Assembly: GCA_965262935.1 (NCBI GenBank)
Contig: OZ253572.1
Span: 6,846,445-6,910,444, forward strand
Direction of reading: 5' to 3'
Length of the DNA: 64,000 nt
DNA from: Spirochaetia bacterium
Lineage (GTDB): Bacteria > Spirochaetota > Spirochaetia > SZUA-6 > Bin103
Part shown: positions 49,546 through 59,414 of the stretch, piece after piece
Layout of the letters: the number at the start of each line of letters is the position of its first letter
How positions within the stretch are numbered: the stretch's first letter is position 1
Notes under the pieces: model-generated
The model's database searches: none
What the model saw: the letters and a program-made list of their open reading frames with translations, nothing else
What the model was told of the DNA's origin: nothing
Position numbers and translations under genes: made by a program

Positions 49546-50240
49546 AATGGCGCCCGGCTGTTGCCGAGCGCGCGGTCGTCCAATTCATACGCATATCTAA
49601 CATGCGGATGATTACAATACCCTTCACAACTAGATGCCAAGTTGATCACAATCGTGGTGAAGGACTGAATTGATAACCTCAACCATGTTATTCCTCCGGG
49701 AATGACGTTGGAGCGACGCTTACCTATCCCCTTGGCATTTAGGTATAGGGACTCTTGCGATGGTCAAATTGGGTTACTTATAATACAGTTGTTGATGGTG
49801 GCGGAGCTGCTCCACCACCAACGGGAGGCCGATCTACCGGAGCCGGCCTATCCATGAAGCTAATAGGAACGGCTCCTATGGTACTTGCGCTTATCGTTCT
49901 GGTAGTACTGATCACAGGATTGATCTGGCTCGAATACCGGGTATGGCGCGGCGTCCTCTTAGGGAAGTGGGAAAGAAAGAGGAGCGTGTGTGCGCGCCGC
50001 CGCCCATGACGCCTCCGACAGCGGCTGGCGACCGGCGCCCGCATCGTACGCCTCAATACCCGGCGCATCCGCCACGTGCAGCCGCAACCGCGGCTGCCGA
50101 GTGGCTGCATCTGGGCGGTGGCGGTCACAGCGACTCGCGCACCGGCGTCGCGCGGATCCAACGGCCCGGATTCGCTGCGACATCCTCCCCGCGGTGCAGC
50201 ATCCGCACCACCACGCCGCCCCGCGCCGCAGCCGGGCCGC

Positions 50241-51192
50241 TCACGTTGCCGTCGGCGGCGGCACCTTCATCGCCACCGCGCCGCTTCCCTCATCCCCGCG
50301 GTCGGCGGCCGGCGCCTCCGGGTCGAGTACCGCCAGGTCGGCGTCGCAGCCCGGGTGGAGGCGCCCCTTCGCCGGCAGGCCCAGGAGCCGCGCCGGCTGC
50401 CAGCACAGCAGGGCCGCCAGCTCCTCCAGCGTGATGTGCCCCGGTGCGACCCCCGCCCGCCACAGGCGCGCCAGGAACTGGCGGTCCGCGGCGCCCTCCT
50501 CGGGCCCGAGGCTCACCATGCGCACCGTCCAGGAGCGCACCGCCGGCCAGCACTCCGCGGCAGCGGGCGGCTCGGCGAGCAGCAGGTGCGCCGGCGCATG
50601 CCGGCCGCATCGGCGGGAGCCAGCACCACCCGGCCGCCGTCGAGCGGCAGCGGCAGCCCGCCGACGCTGCGCTCCATGACGCGCGCGTCGTCGCTGAGCA
50701 CCACCAGGGTCGCCCCGCAGTGGCCGGTCACCCGCACCAGGTCGTCGTCCCAGCCCGGCTCCGTCAGTATGCGGTCGTCGACCGCGAACGCCGCGCATCC
50801 CCGCCCGAACACCGCCTCCGGCAGCACTTCGAGCTCCGGCTCCAGCCCCCGCAGCAGCGGAATCGGCACCGCATCCGCCGCGTACGCCGCATCGGTGTCG
50901 GGCTCGGCGTACCCCGGCCTCGGGGCAGGCGCGGCGAGACTCGCAACCGGCACGCCCACCGTGGTGGCCGGGCAGCCGCCGCGCCCGGCCAGCGGCATGC
51001 CGGAACGGCACAGCAACACCGGGCCGGGAAACACCAGCTTGCCGGTCAGATCACGCCACCCCGCCCCCTCGGCCGCATCCGAGCGCGCCATGCGCAGCGC
51101 GCGCACCACCCCGCCGCCCATCTCCAGTCGGCCACGAACCGCCCGTCGGCATGCACCACCAGCCCCTGATACAGCGTGCCACCCATCGCCGC
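50241..51192 (-). pseudogene. amidohydrolase (dihydroorotase-like) repeat copy B, frameshifted
   Basis: Two overlapping ORFs (50241..51011 and 50513..51337) together reproduce copy A, e.g. MGGTLYQGLVVHADGRFVAD and GRLHPGCDADLAVLDPEA, at about 90% nucleotide identity but in different frames. Confidence 0.65.
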
Positions 51193-51394
51193 CGCCGCGA
51201 CGGCCGCCGGCATCGACGGCGGGATCACCGGGCACTCCGGGCGGGTCGGCCTCGCTTCCGAGCTCACCGCCCGCGGCCCCAGTGCCACCGAGATGATGCT
51301 TGCCGGCGGGTGGACAACGGCGCGCATGGTCGCCCACTACCCACTACTCCGCCGGCACAACATTGTTCGGCGTAGTAGGGTAGGGAAGCGATGA
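51176..51394 (+). pseudogene. tyrosine recombinase (integrase) C-terminal remnant (copy 3)
   Basis: ITGHSGRVGLASELTARGPSATEMMLAGGWTTARMVAHYPLL matches the HxxR ... E.M.AG.W....M...Y catalytic region. It abuts the start codon of amidohydrolase copy B on the opposite strand. Confidence 0.5.
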
Positions 51395-51594
51395 AGGTAA
51401 GTGTAGAGATTAAAGACTATCCCATGCCGGAGGAGGCGCAGTTGGAGCAGGCCAACACGGACCGGGAGGCTATCGTGGCGGCCCTGGAGGTGGTGGGACG
51501 GTTGGGTGTTCCGGGTAAGGAAGTGCTGCAGAAGGCTCTGTCACGTGTTGATCGGGCCCGAAGTGAGGCTGCGGGCTTGAGGGTTGAGGAGTGA
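51391..51594 (+). CDS. hypothetical small protein (67 aa)
   Basis: Starts 4 nt inside the integrase remnant end. Weak support. Confidence 0.3.
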   Translation: MKVSVEIKDYPMPEEAQLEQANTDREAIVAALEVVGRLGVPGKEVLQKALSRVDRARSEAAGLRVEE

Positions 51595-51961
51595 AGTTAG
51601 GAGTGATGTCAGTCGACGGGCGGCCACCCGATTGCACCGGGCCGCGGCAGCAGTAGATCGAGAGGCGGCTGGATGGAAGGACCTCGATACGCATATCGAC
51701 GACGTGCGGGCACTGCGGGCGATTGGACTTGCAGTGTGCGGACGCAACAACCTGATCCCCTCCGACTTCGCTGATATCTCGGCCGTCGAGATGGAGCGGG
51801 AGTTCGACCAAGGCGTCCACGGTGTCCGAATCACCTTCACGGTGAGCAACCATGCACTGGAGAAGGTGAGTTCGCAGGAGGTGTCGGACGCGATCAACGC
51901 TCTTGTCGCGCCGCTGAGCGAGCCGGAAGAGGACGACGAGCAGTCGGCTGCGAGCGGGTGA
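51584..51961 (+). CDS. hypothetical protein (125 aa)
   Basis: Overlaps the previous small ORF by 11 nt, a possible two-gene module. No motif. Confidence 0.3.
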   Translation: MRSEVRSDVSRRAATRLHRAAAAVDREAAGWKDLDTHIDDVRALRAIGLAVCGRNNLIPSDFADISAVEMEREFDQGVHGVRITFTVSNHALEKVSSQEVSDAINALVAPLSEPEEDDEQSAASG

Positions 51962-52019
51962 GGAAAGCATCAGCGATGGCACCGTGATAGTGTCGTCGCG
52001 TGGAACCCGGTGTGGTGTG

Positions 52020-52499
52020 CTACGTCGGGATCGGTAGATGGCCGATGCGGTACCCGCTTGGCTCTGCGACAAACTTCTCAAGATCGACTCCGGAAAGGAG
52101 AAGAACTGCCTTGTACGCTTCCAGCAAATCCTCGTGGATTTCCTCCAGGTCACGAAGCATCACGTCACGACCGTCATCGGAATTTCGGCGGAGGTTGTGC
52201 TGCAAGTAGAAGGAGTGTATCAGTCGATTGCGTGAGGCCAAAGCATCGTTGAGCAGTTGCTCGAGATCCGCGATGGAATCCCCTATCGAACCGAGGGACT
52301 GGACCAGTTGACCGAGAGTCTGCTTGGTGATCTGCTTATAGATTGCGGTCGCTTTGCGTGGATTGGAGCGATCGAGTAAACCAGCATCGATACACTTGTG
52401 CGTCAGGAGCAACGTGCCCAACTCAGTCTCCAAAAGCTGGGCGGCCTCACATACTTCGCCGAACTTCCTATAAACATCATATAGCGTCGCCATACTCAT
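52020..52499 (-). CDS. hypothetical protein (159 aa), low-GC
   Basis: Distinct low-GC ORF with no motif. Confidence 0.45.
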   Translation of the reverse strand: MSMATLYDVYRKFGEVCEAAQLLETELGTLLLTHKCIDAGLLDRSNPRKATAIYKQITKQTLGQLVQSLGSIGDSIADLEQLLNDALASRNRLIHSFYLQHNLRRNSDDGRDVMLRDLEEIHEDLLEAYKAVLLLSGVDLEKFVAEPSGYRIGHLPIPT

Positions 52500-53168
52500 A
52501 TCGCCTTTCTTCCGAATAGGGATGAACCGGCCGAGAACGCCGGTAACATCGCCGACGAAGACTGCCGATAGGCCACACTATACCGAACCTCGGTCGTGCG
52601 CTGCTCGAACTCAGCCCGCGTGGGACCGGTTCGCGCTGTCTCTTACGGACGACTCTCTGGGCCGTCAACGGTCGCGCGGGAGCGAGGGCGGCCAGCGGCC
52701 GGTGCGTGTGGGCTGTGGGCGGCTGTCGGGGGCTGTCGGGGACTGTCGGCGGTGGTGAAGGCCACGTTGGGGCGGGTGGCGGCCCCGGCGGAGTAGCCGC
52801 CTGGCCTCCAGGTCGCGGGCCGGCCCCGCCCTACGAATCCCGCGTGAACCTCCACCCATAGTCACCGTATGGCGCATTGCGGTTCGGCTCCAGAGTCCAG
52901 CGCAGCGCTCCCGGCTCACCCGCTACCTGTTGATCCCGGAACCATAGCGACACCCGAAGCCGGTTGGCCTCGCCGCTTGGCGCGTACGCAAAGCGGAGCG
53001 TTGCGCCCACCCACTATTGCAGGTCCGGGCGATGCTCGGTCACCGACCACCAAGTCCACCATACGCGCGACCGGGAGGACGGCGCCGCCACGTAAGCGGC
53101 CGCCCCAGGGCCGCCGGGAGCGCGTCCAGAGGCAGATCAGGCACCGCCACGCGCTCAGGGGCCGCTCG

Positions 53169-53560
53169 TCAGCAGGCGGGCGACAGCGGTCGCGGCCTCG
53201 TGGCCGTGTCGCATTCCCTTACACCTTCCAGGGTGACAGTAGACCAGCCCCGCACCCTGGTCAGGTTGGCCCCAATCAGCATCGCTTCGTTTAGATTGGC
53301 ACCGGTCAGGTCCGCGCCGGTTAGATCCGCACCGCCAAGGTTAACACCACTAAAGTCGGCATCGCGCAGGATTGCGTTGCTCAAATCCGCCCTTACAAAA
53401 CCGGAGAACTGCAACTTCGCGCCGGTCAGGTCGGCAAAGCTCAGGAACGCTCGGTCCCCGTACACACGCAACGTGGCGTAGCGCAGCTGCGCGCCATTCA
53501 GATGCGCCCCGGTCAGGTCTGCAAACATCAGGGTTGCGCCGCTCAAGCCCGCCTCGAATA
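53169..53560 (-). pseudogene. secreted pentapeptide-repeat protein paralogue 3, N-terminally truncated
   Basis: Pentapeptide repeats and C-terminal VRGWSTVTLEGVRECDTATRPRPLSPAC. The N-terminal side is replaced at ~53560 by a 150-bp amidohydrolase fragment. Confidence 0.55.
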
Positions 53561-53561
53561 G

Positions 53562-53710
53562 GTGCCGTCGTCGACCGCGAACGCCGCGCAGCCCTGCCCG
53601 AACACCGCCTCCGGCAGCACTTCCAGCTCCGGCTCCAGCCCCCGCAGCAGCGGAATCGGCACCGCATCCGCGGCGTACGCCGCACCGGCGAGCGCCGCAT
53701 CGGCGTCGGG
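53562..53710. repeat. amidohydrolase repeat fragment C (about 150 bp matching 19617..19745 and 50800..50950)
   Basis: Near-identical run GTCGTCGACCGCGAACGCCGCGCAGCC..TGCCCGAACACCGCCTCCGGCAGCACTTCCAGCTCCGGCTCCAGCCCCCGCA. Confidence 0.8.
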
Positions 53711-53732
53711 TCGACACCGTAAGCGTGTCGTG

Positions 53733-54488
53733 TTACTTCCTCCGAACGAGTGTCCCGTCGTTGCTCAGAATTCCTAACTCAAAACATCCCCCGCTGATCA
53801 CGTCATCGATATACTCGGCTGCTACCTTGAACGCAATCCTGAAAAACTCTCGGTCGTCCCTGACACGATAATGAATGAGACGTCGGTGAACGGCCCTCTC
53901 CGCCTCTCTTGGATTACGAACACGCCAGCAGCGTCGCACACCGAACGGCACTACTACGCCCGTTGCGCCATTGATTTCACGAGCTCGCTGACCGACATCA
54001 CGAGTTGTCATTCCGATCTTCAATAGATCGGGAATATCTCTTGTCGACAGCACATATATCCATCCAGAGTTGGACGCTGTCAACAGGCTCACCTTTCCAA
54101 GAAATATTGACAGACAATCCAGAGCCCCCATCATACTCAGGCGCGTGCAAGTGCGCGCAGCTTCCTCTTCATCCGAGGAATGTAGGGCTTTGCGGAGTAG
54201 TCCGAGATCCTGTGCGATCAACTTCGATAAACGCCGAGGGGGATATCCGAGCTGTGCAGAAACTGTAAACCAGTCCCATTGATCCTCTTGATGAACGCGA
54301 TTGAACATTCCTTTGACGATGCTCAGAGACCCCAAGCTATGCGTGTCACGGCCTGAAAAATCACCTATTTGAAGCATCTTCATAACCTGTTGACTAGCGT
54401 CCTTGCGTATCCTGTTCGTATGTGGCTTAGGCGGTGCCATTCCAAAGCCCCACTTCTCGGACACCTTACCGACGTTATTGCTCAACAC
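53733..54488 (-). CDS. GIY-YIG superfamily nuclease of the T5orf172 (Mug113-like) type with an unknown N-terminal domain
   Basis: GWIYVLSTRDIPDLLKIGMTTRDVGQRAREINGATGVVVPFGVRRCWRVRNPREAERAVHRRLIHYRVRDDREFF matches the T5orf172 signature. Low GC. Confidence 0.7.
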   Translation of the reverse strand: MLSNNVGKVSEKWGFGMAPPKPHTNRIRKDASQQVMKMLQIGDFSGRDTHSLGSLSIVKGMFNRVHQEDQWDWFTVSAQLGYPPRRLSKLIAQDLGLLRKALHSSDEEEAARTCTRLSMMGALDCLSIFLGKVSLLTASNSGWIYVLSTRDIPDLLKIGMTTRDVGQRAREINGATGVVVPFGVRRCWRVRNPREAERAVHRRLIHYRVRDDREFFRIAFKVAAEYIDDVISGGCFELGILSNDGTLVRRK

Positions 54489-54513
54489 GCGCCTATGCGC
54501 TCACTAACATCGT

Positions 54514-56484
54514 TCAACTGCGGACAAGCCGTTCGTTGACCTCGCTGCATATCCGCTGGAAGCGGTCCAGAATGGCCGGCGGCACCGTCACCTCGCCAAC
54601 CCTCTCTGCCAAGTAGCGAGCCGGGCGATAGTGATTAAAAGTGACTCCCTTTCTAAGGGGGTGCTCGACGAAATACTCCTTGAGGCGGACGGTGATCCGG
54701 GAATGCTTGCTCTTTAGGTCTTTCTCCTCAATTGGCTCACCAAGTGCCGCGGCGTACTCGGAATTGACAAGCTCGAGATAAAACTCTGTTCCGATTACGT
54801 CCTCAACGTCTGCCTCACTAGCTTCAACGAAGTCTGCATAGGTGAGCACCTGTTTCTTCTTAATGAGCTTGCGCCGCCACATGTTTTCAATCGCCTGACG
54901 GTCCTTCTCTTGAAAGTCGATCAGTGTAGCAACATTCATCTGCGTTTGCACACCCAGCAAGGCAACGAATGTAGGGACTTTATCTGATCCACCAACAGGA
55001 GTGATTGTCCATCCGGAACTGAGACCTTCTCGGCCCTCCGCTTGCAATACGCTTGTCATCACTTGGAGGTAGAGCAGGTCGGACACACCCTCCACAATGA
55101 GACTGTTTGGGCCAACGAAGAGCGTCTGCGCAATGTCGTAGCCGAGCGCTCCCTGCAGCGGGAACAGGCTGTCATCGGAGGTCGCCAGCACATCGACCGT
55201 TACCTTGGTGCCTGCGTCTCTATCCGCAACCTCTTCGTCAGCATCGATGCTTCGATCTTGAACGATCCGAACGCGGTCGAATCGCGCCGGATCGACCATG
55301 AAGGGCGAGTGTGTCGAGTAGATTAACTGATGATTTGGTACCAGCTCCTCTTCGAAATACGTGAGAAGGTCGCCCTGAGCCTTTCCGTGCAGTGATAAGC
55401 CAGGCTCGTCCAGCAGGATGATCACGTTCTGTTTATCACGCTGCACATCGCCGTACCAAGCAAGGAACGAGAAGAACCACACGAACCCATGAGAGCGCGT
55501 GCCAAGCTCCGTTGTCACCATGTGCAACGGGTCGTAGACCTCGGCCCAGATATTCGTACCGTTCTGCATCCCTGGCGGATCCTCTGGCTGCGCAGGGCGC
55601 ACGTCGAAGCGCATCTGGAGGTTTTTGTTCTGGGACCAGTACTTGACGATACTCTTGGTGAGGTGGTTCCCGGCGCCCTCAAGCTTGTTCTTGAGATCGC
55701 GAGTGCGCCCCGGCGTGAGAAGACTGTCGAGATCGAGGCGAGCCTTGCGGATCAAGCCGAGCATCGGGTGGTCCGGCTTCTCAAGCATCTCGTCTGCAAC
55801 CCGTTGCTGGAGCGCGTCGATATTGTCGCAACCCCGCATCTGGTAATACTCGTCGAAGTACATAAATCTCGGAACCCTGGAGCTGAGGATCTCGTCGCAG
55901 ATGTAGTCTGTGATCGAACCAGCGGAGACGATATCGTTCAACCACTCCGTGATGCTTTGGATCGCCGCTGTTTGTTCTAGATCAGTTACGATCTCCTTGG
56001 CCTCATCAGGTGTAGAACAGGACTCTAGTGCCTTACGGATCTCTTCCGGAACGGAGTAACCTGACAGTATGTGGTGCAGGGCTGCCTTATGGTCAACCGG
56101 AACAGAAAACGTGAAAGTGTCCTGTTCGTATGCTTTAGAAATCGTGATTTCTCTAGAGGCTAACGCCTTCGGACCAAAGACCTGTGCGATGGCGCCCGCG
56201 TCATCGTCGTCGAGCTCATATGTGAGCTGAGCAACCACGGCATGCTCGCGCTCTTTCTCTTCGATTGCGTGCTCGTAATCGGCAACGTCACCACGAGGGT
56301 AGTCGTCCGTGACGCTGTAGCCGACGTCGGTGTCGACGATCGGAAGGAGTCTATACATAGCCTGAAGGAGTGCCGTCTTACCTGCTTCATTCTTACCGAC
56401 GAGACAAGTGACATCTCCGACATTGAACTCGGTGGAATCGCGGACACTCTGGAAATCGGTGACGCGAACTTTCGTTAACTTCAT
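54514..56484 (-). CDS. OLD-family ATP-dependent nuclease (N-terminal ABC-type ATPase + C-terminal TOPRIM)
   Basis: Walker A VGKNEAGKTALLQA, Walker B/D-loop ILLDEPGLSLHGKAQ, TOPRIM LIVEGVSDLLYL. Length is 656 aa. It sits 25 nt upstream of the T5orf172 gene on the same strand. Confidence 0.8.
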   Translation of the reverse strand: MKLTKVRVTDFQSVRDSTEFNVGDVTCLVGKNEAGKTALLQAMYRLLPIVDTDVGYSVTDDYPRGDVADYEHAIEEKEREHAVVAQLTYELDDDDAGAIAQVFGPKALASREITISKAYEQDTFTFSVPVDHKAALHHILSGYSVPEEIRKALESCSTPDEAKEIVTDLEQTAAIQSITEWLNDIVSAGSITDYICDEILSSRVPRFMYFDEYYQMRGCDNIDALQQRVADEMLEKPDHPMLGLIRKARLDLDSLLTPGRTRDLKNKLEGAGNHLTKSIVKYWSQNKNLQMRFDVRPAQPEDPPGMQNGTNIWAEVYDPLHMVTTELGTRSHGFVWFFSFLAWYGDVQRDKQNVIILLDEPGLSLHGKAQGDLLTYFEEELVPNHQLIYSTHSPFMVDPARFDRVRIVQDRSIDADEEVADRDAGTKVTVDVLATSDDSLFPLQGALGYDIAQTLFVGPNSLIVEGVSDLLYLQVMTSVLQAEGREGLSSGWTITPVGGSDKVPTFVALLGVQTQMNVATLIDFQEKDRQAIENMWRRKLIKKKQVLTYADFVEASEADVEDVIGTEFYLELVNSEYAAALGEPIEEKDLKSKHSRITVRLKEYFVEHPLRKGVTFNHYRPARYLAERVGEVTVPPAILDRFQRICSEVNERLVRS

Positions 56485-57506
56485 GAGTTAACCTCCACTA
56501 TTTCGTACTTCCTCGGTCGCAATGTTCCACCTAGCGTTATCTCAGATCGTTCCGGTCGCGGCAGTATCGAAAGCGTTGCGTCACCGGAGAGCGGAGCGTT
56601 GCGATGAACGTCTTGGCACCCAGTCACCTGTACCGGCGCGCTCGACGGCACGGGACGAGTGTCCGCCGGTCGCACCGTCCGGTGAGTTATCGGGCTCCGT
56701 GGCCAACTCGATACTGGACTTCGTCATCTTGGCGGCCGGCACGGAGCACCGTCAAGCCAATCCGCCAACACCACACGAAGAGCACCGACAAGAGGGGCTC
56801 CCAACAGAGAGGCCTGATCCGGCGCGTTCCAGAGTGCTGCATCCATAAGGGCTTTTGAACATAGGACCACGCAAACCGTATCAACTGCTGTCTACGCATA
56901 CAACCTCTGTCGGTGCTTTTGTGCCTATGGAGAGCGGGTCGGCGCGACGGACAACGGCCGTCAAGTGGCCCCAAGCGAGGCCGCGGTCGGGGCTCCGGGC
57001 CGGCTTGGCCAGCTCATGCCGAGCTGTGCGCGGGGTCGCCGGTCGCCATCACCGTCGCCAGGAGAGCCGCATGCCTCAGGTGCACAGGTATCCCTTTCTG
57101 ACCTACTCGCTCCGGGCCGGGTAGCTCCTATACTCACCCATCCGTTCAAGAACGGACTCTTTGGGCCGAGTGGCGGTGGTGGCGTCCGGGACTCCCTGTG
57201 GGCGGTCCGCGCGGGGGATTCTGGTAGCGGGACGACTGCCAGCGGGCAAGCGGTGCAATCTCCGGTTGTCGTCAAAACACGGCGTCCTCCTCGGGCGCTG
57301 ACCCTGGCGGCAACCCTACGCCTCCCCGTGGCGGTGGATTCCAGGCGACAGAAACCGCCTTCACGGACGTTACCGGACGTGGCCGGCCGACACGACGACG
57401 CTACCAGCCTGAGCGAGGCCGCGCGCTTGCACTTGAGCGCTGCTTGAATCGCCTCGGCAAGTTCGCTATCCATTCCTGGTTTCTCCTTAAGGTGTATAGT
57501 TGGTGT

Positions 57507-57710
57507 ATGGCACGCACCAATATCGATATCGACGACGAGGCTTGCGTGGCGATCATGCGACGTTACCGGCTGGTTTCCAAGCGGGCGGCGGTCAACCTCG
57601 CGCTGCGTACGCTGGCGGCTGGCCCCCTAAGCCTGGCGGCCGCCCGGTGCCTGCGCGGATCGGGCTGGAAAGGCGATTTGGAGGAGATGCGCGGCAGCAG
57701 AGGAACGTGA
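57507..57710 (+). CDS. vapB: VapB-type antitoxin (MRTTLDIDD-family)
   Basis: MARTNIDIDDEACVAIMRRY is the typical start of this antitoxin family. AAGGTG SD-like motif upstream. Confidence 0.6.
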   Translation: MARTNIDIDDEACVAIMRRYRLVSKRAAVNLALRTLAAGPLSLAAARCLRGSGWKGDLEEMRGSRGT

Positions 57711-58093
57711 TCCTGATCGACACCTCGGCATGGGTGGAGTTCCTCCGCGACACCGGGTCGGACGTCAGTGCGCGGGTCGACGCTGAGATGGGCGGCGAGA
57801 TCGTGATCTGCGACGCCATCCATATGGAAGTACTCACTGGCGCGCGAGACGAGAGCCACCTTGAAGCGCTACGAGGACTGCTCGCGCGTGCGAGCGTGCT
57901 ACCCACCGAACCCACGCACTATGACGAGGCGGCGACGCTGTACCGCCGCTGCCGCCGTGAAGGCGAGACGGTGCGGCGGCTGATCGACTGCCTGATCGCC
58001 GCCGTCGCGATCGGTGCCGGCGTACCGGTGCTGCATCGCGACGACGACTTCGACGTGTTAGCTCGTCATACCGAACTCGATATCGTCCGGTGA
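57707..58093 (+). CDS. vapC: VapC PIN-domain toxin
   Basis: VILIDTSAWVEF (first catalytic Asp), further conserved acidic residues, C-terminal CLIAAVAIGAGVPVLHRDDDF. The GTG start overlaps the vapB stop (GTGA). Confidence 0.75.
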   Translation: MILIDTSAWVEFLRDTGSDVSARVDAEMGGEIVICDAIHMEVLTGARDESHLEALRGLLARASVLPTEPTHYDEAATLYRRCRREGETVRRLIDCLIAAVAIGAGVPVLHRDDDFDVLARHTELDIVR

Positions 58094-58506
58094 CGGATCG
58101 CCTGCAGCGGAGCGTTCCCAGGGCGCGACAGAAGGCGGCTTACCGGACGCTGGCCCGACGTTCGCCCGCTCCGTAGAATTGAGCGGGGGGTAGGGTGGGG
58201 TGCTGGCGATCCCTGGGCGGGTCTGCTGGCCATTCGTCATAGGGCCCGCAGCGTACCCGAGCGCTGCTAGCGCAAACCGGGTGGAGCACCCCTGGAACCC
58301 TTGACCCAGCAATGCAATGGCGGTAGCCTTGATGCCCTGAAACCGACCAAGGAACAACCCCGCCAGAAGCCGCCGCGGCCCGAGCCGAACCGGCGGGACC
58401 CCTGGGAGCAGTCCCTAGACATCGATCCAGAGCTGCTCGCCAAGGCAGTGCTCACCCCTCGGAAGCCGATCCGAAAGAGCTGACGACCGCACGACGGTAG
58501 GTAAGC

Positions 58507-58821
58507 ATGTTCTGGCGCTTTCTCCGTGACCTGTTCAAGCTCCAGGTGAACAGCCACTTCGTTTCGTTTGTTGTGGTTGCAGTGGCCATGTGGATCGCAC
58601 CAGATACCACTGGAGTCGTTCGCTTTCTGTTGGCCATCATTCTGAGCGCGAGAGGCTACTGGAACTTGATCTGGATGGTGTATATGATGCGCTACTTCTC
58701 GACACACCCAGAGAAAGATACACTCCAAGAGCTCCATACTACCGTTGGTGCGGCAACGGTACGAGTGATAGAGTCGATGGTGCTATTCGATTTCATTTTC
58801 GATCTCTACTTCCCTGAATAA
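58507..58821 (+). CDS. hypothetical small membrane protein (104 aa), low-GC
   Basis: Two to three hydrophobic helices (FVSFVVVAVAMWIAP, FLLAIILSARGYWNLIWMVYMM). Confidence 0.4.
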   Translation: MFWRFLRDLFKLQVNSHFVSFVVVAVAMWIAPDTTGVVRFLLAIILSARGYWNLIWMVYMMRYFSTHPEKDTLQELHTTVGAATVRVIESMVLFDFIFDLYFPE

Positions 58822-59414
58822 GGAACCCATTACCCGATCCGTCGTGCTCGCGCGGGCCATGCTATGGTGGTCGCATCCTTCCAGATAGCTCCCGGCAAAG
58901 CCGGCAGGAGTCTGGTTACTATCCTGGGTAGTTCCCCCAGCGCGGGATTGACACAACGCTTTACCGGAGCTCACCAAGACCCTCCGCCTGCGCCCTATGA
59001 GGCCCGGCGCGATCGCCCGGATCGACCGCGCCCAAGAGGAGCCCGGCACGTACGCCGAGATGAGACCCGCGAGCAAGAACTTCGTAACCGTCCGTCAGAC
59101 CGTGCGTATCGAGGCGCGCTGTCCGGTCGCTGGCGTCCGGCTGGTGAACGGCGGCCCATCGAACCCCGGCGACGGCTGCAGGCAAGGGAGTGTCCCGTCG
59201 ACTGCGCGTTCACGGAGGACGAGGTCGATGCGCTCGTTGCGCGGTGCGAGTCGGTAGAACAGGCGATCCGAGAGCACGCGGTGCCGGCGGGCTGTCGTCA
59301 GCACCCTCGTTTTGCCGTTCCAATGTCCCTGCACATCCACCCCGCGGCGGTGCTGATGCTTTGCGCTCCCAGCGAACTCGGACACCTCGGTGACGAGCAA
59401 CTGCGGCAGGCTAA

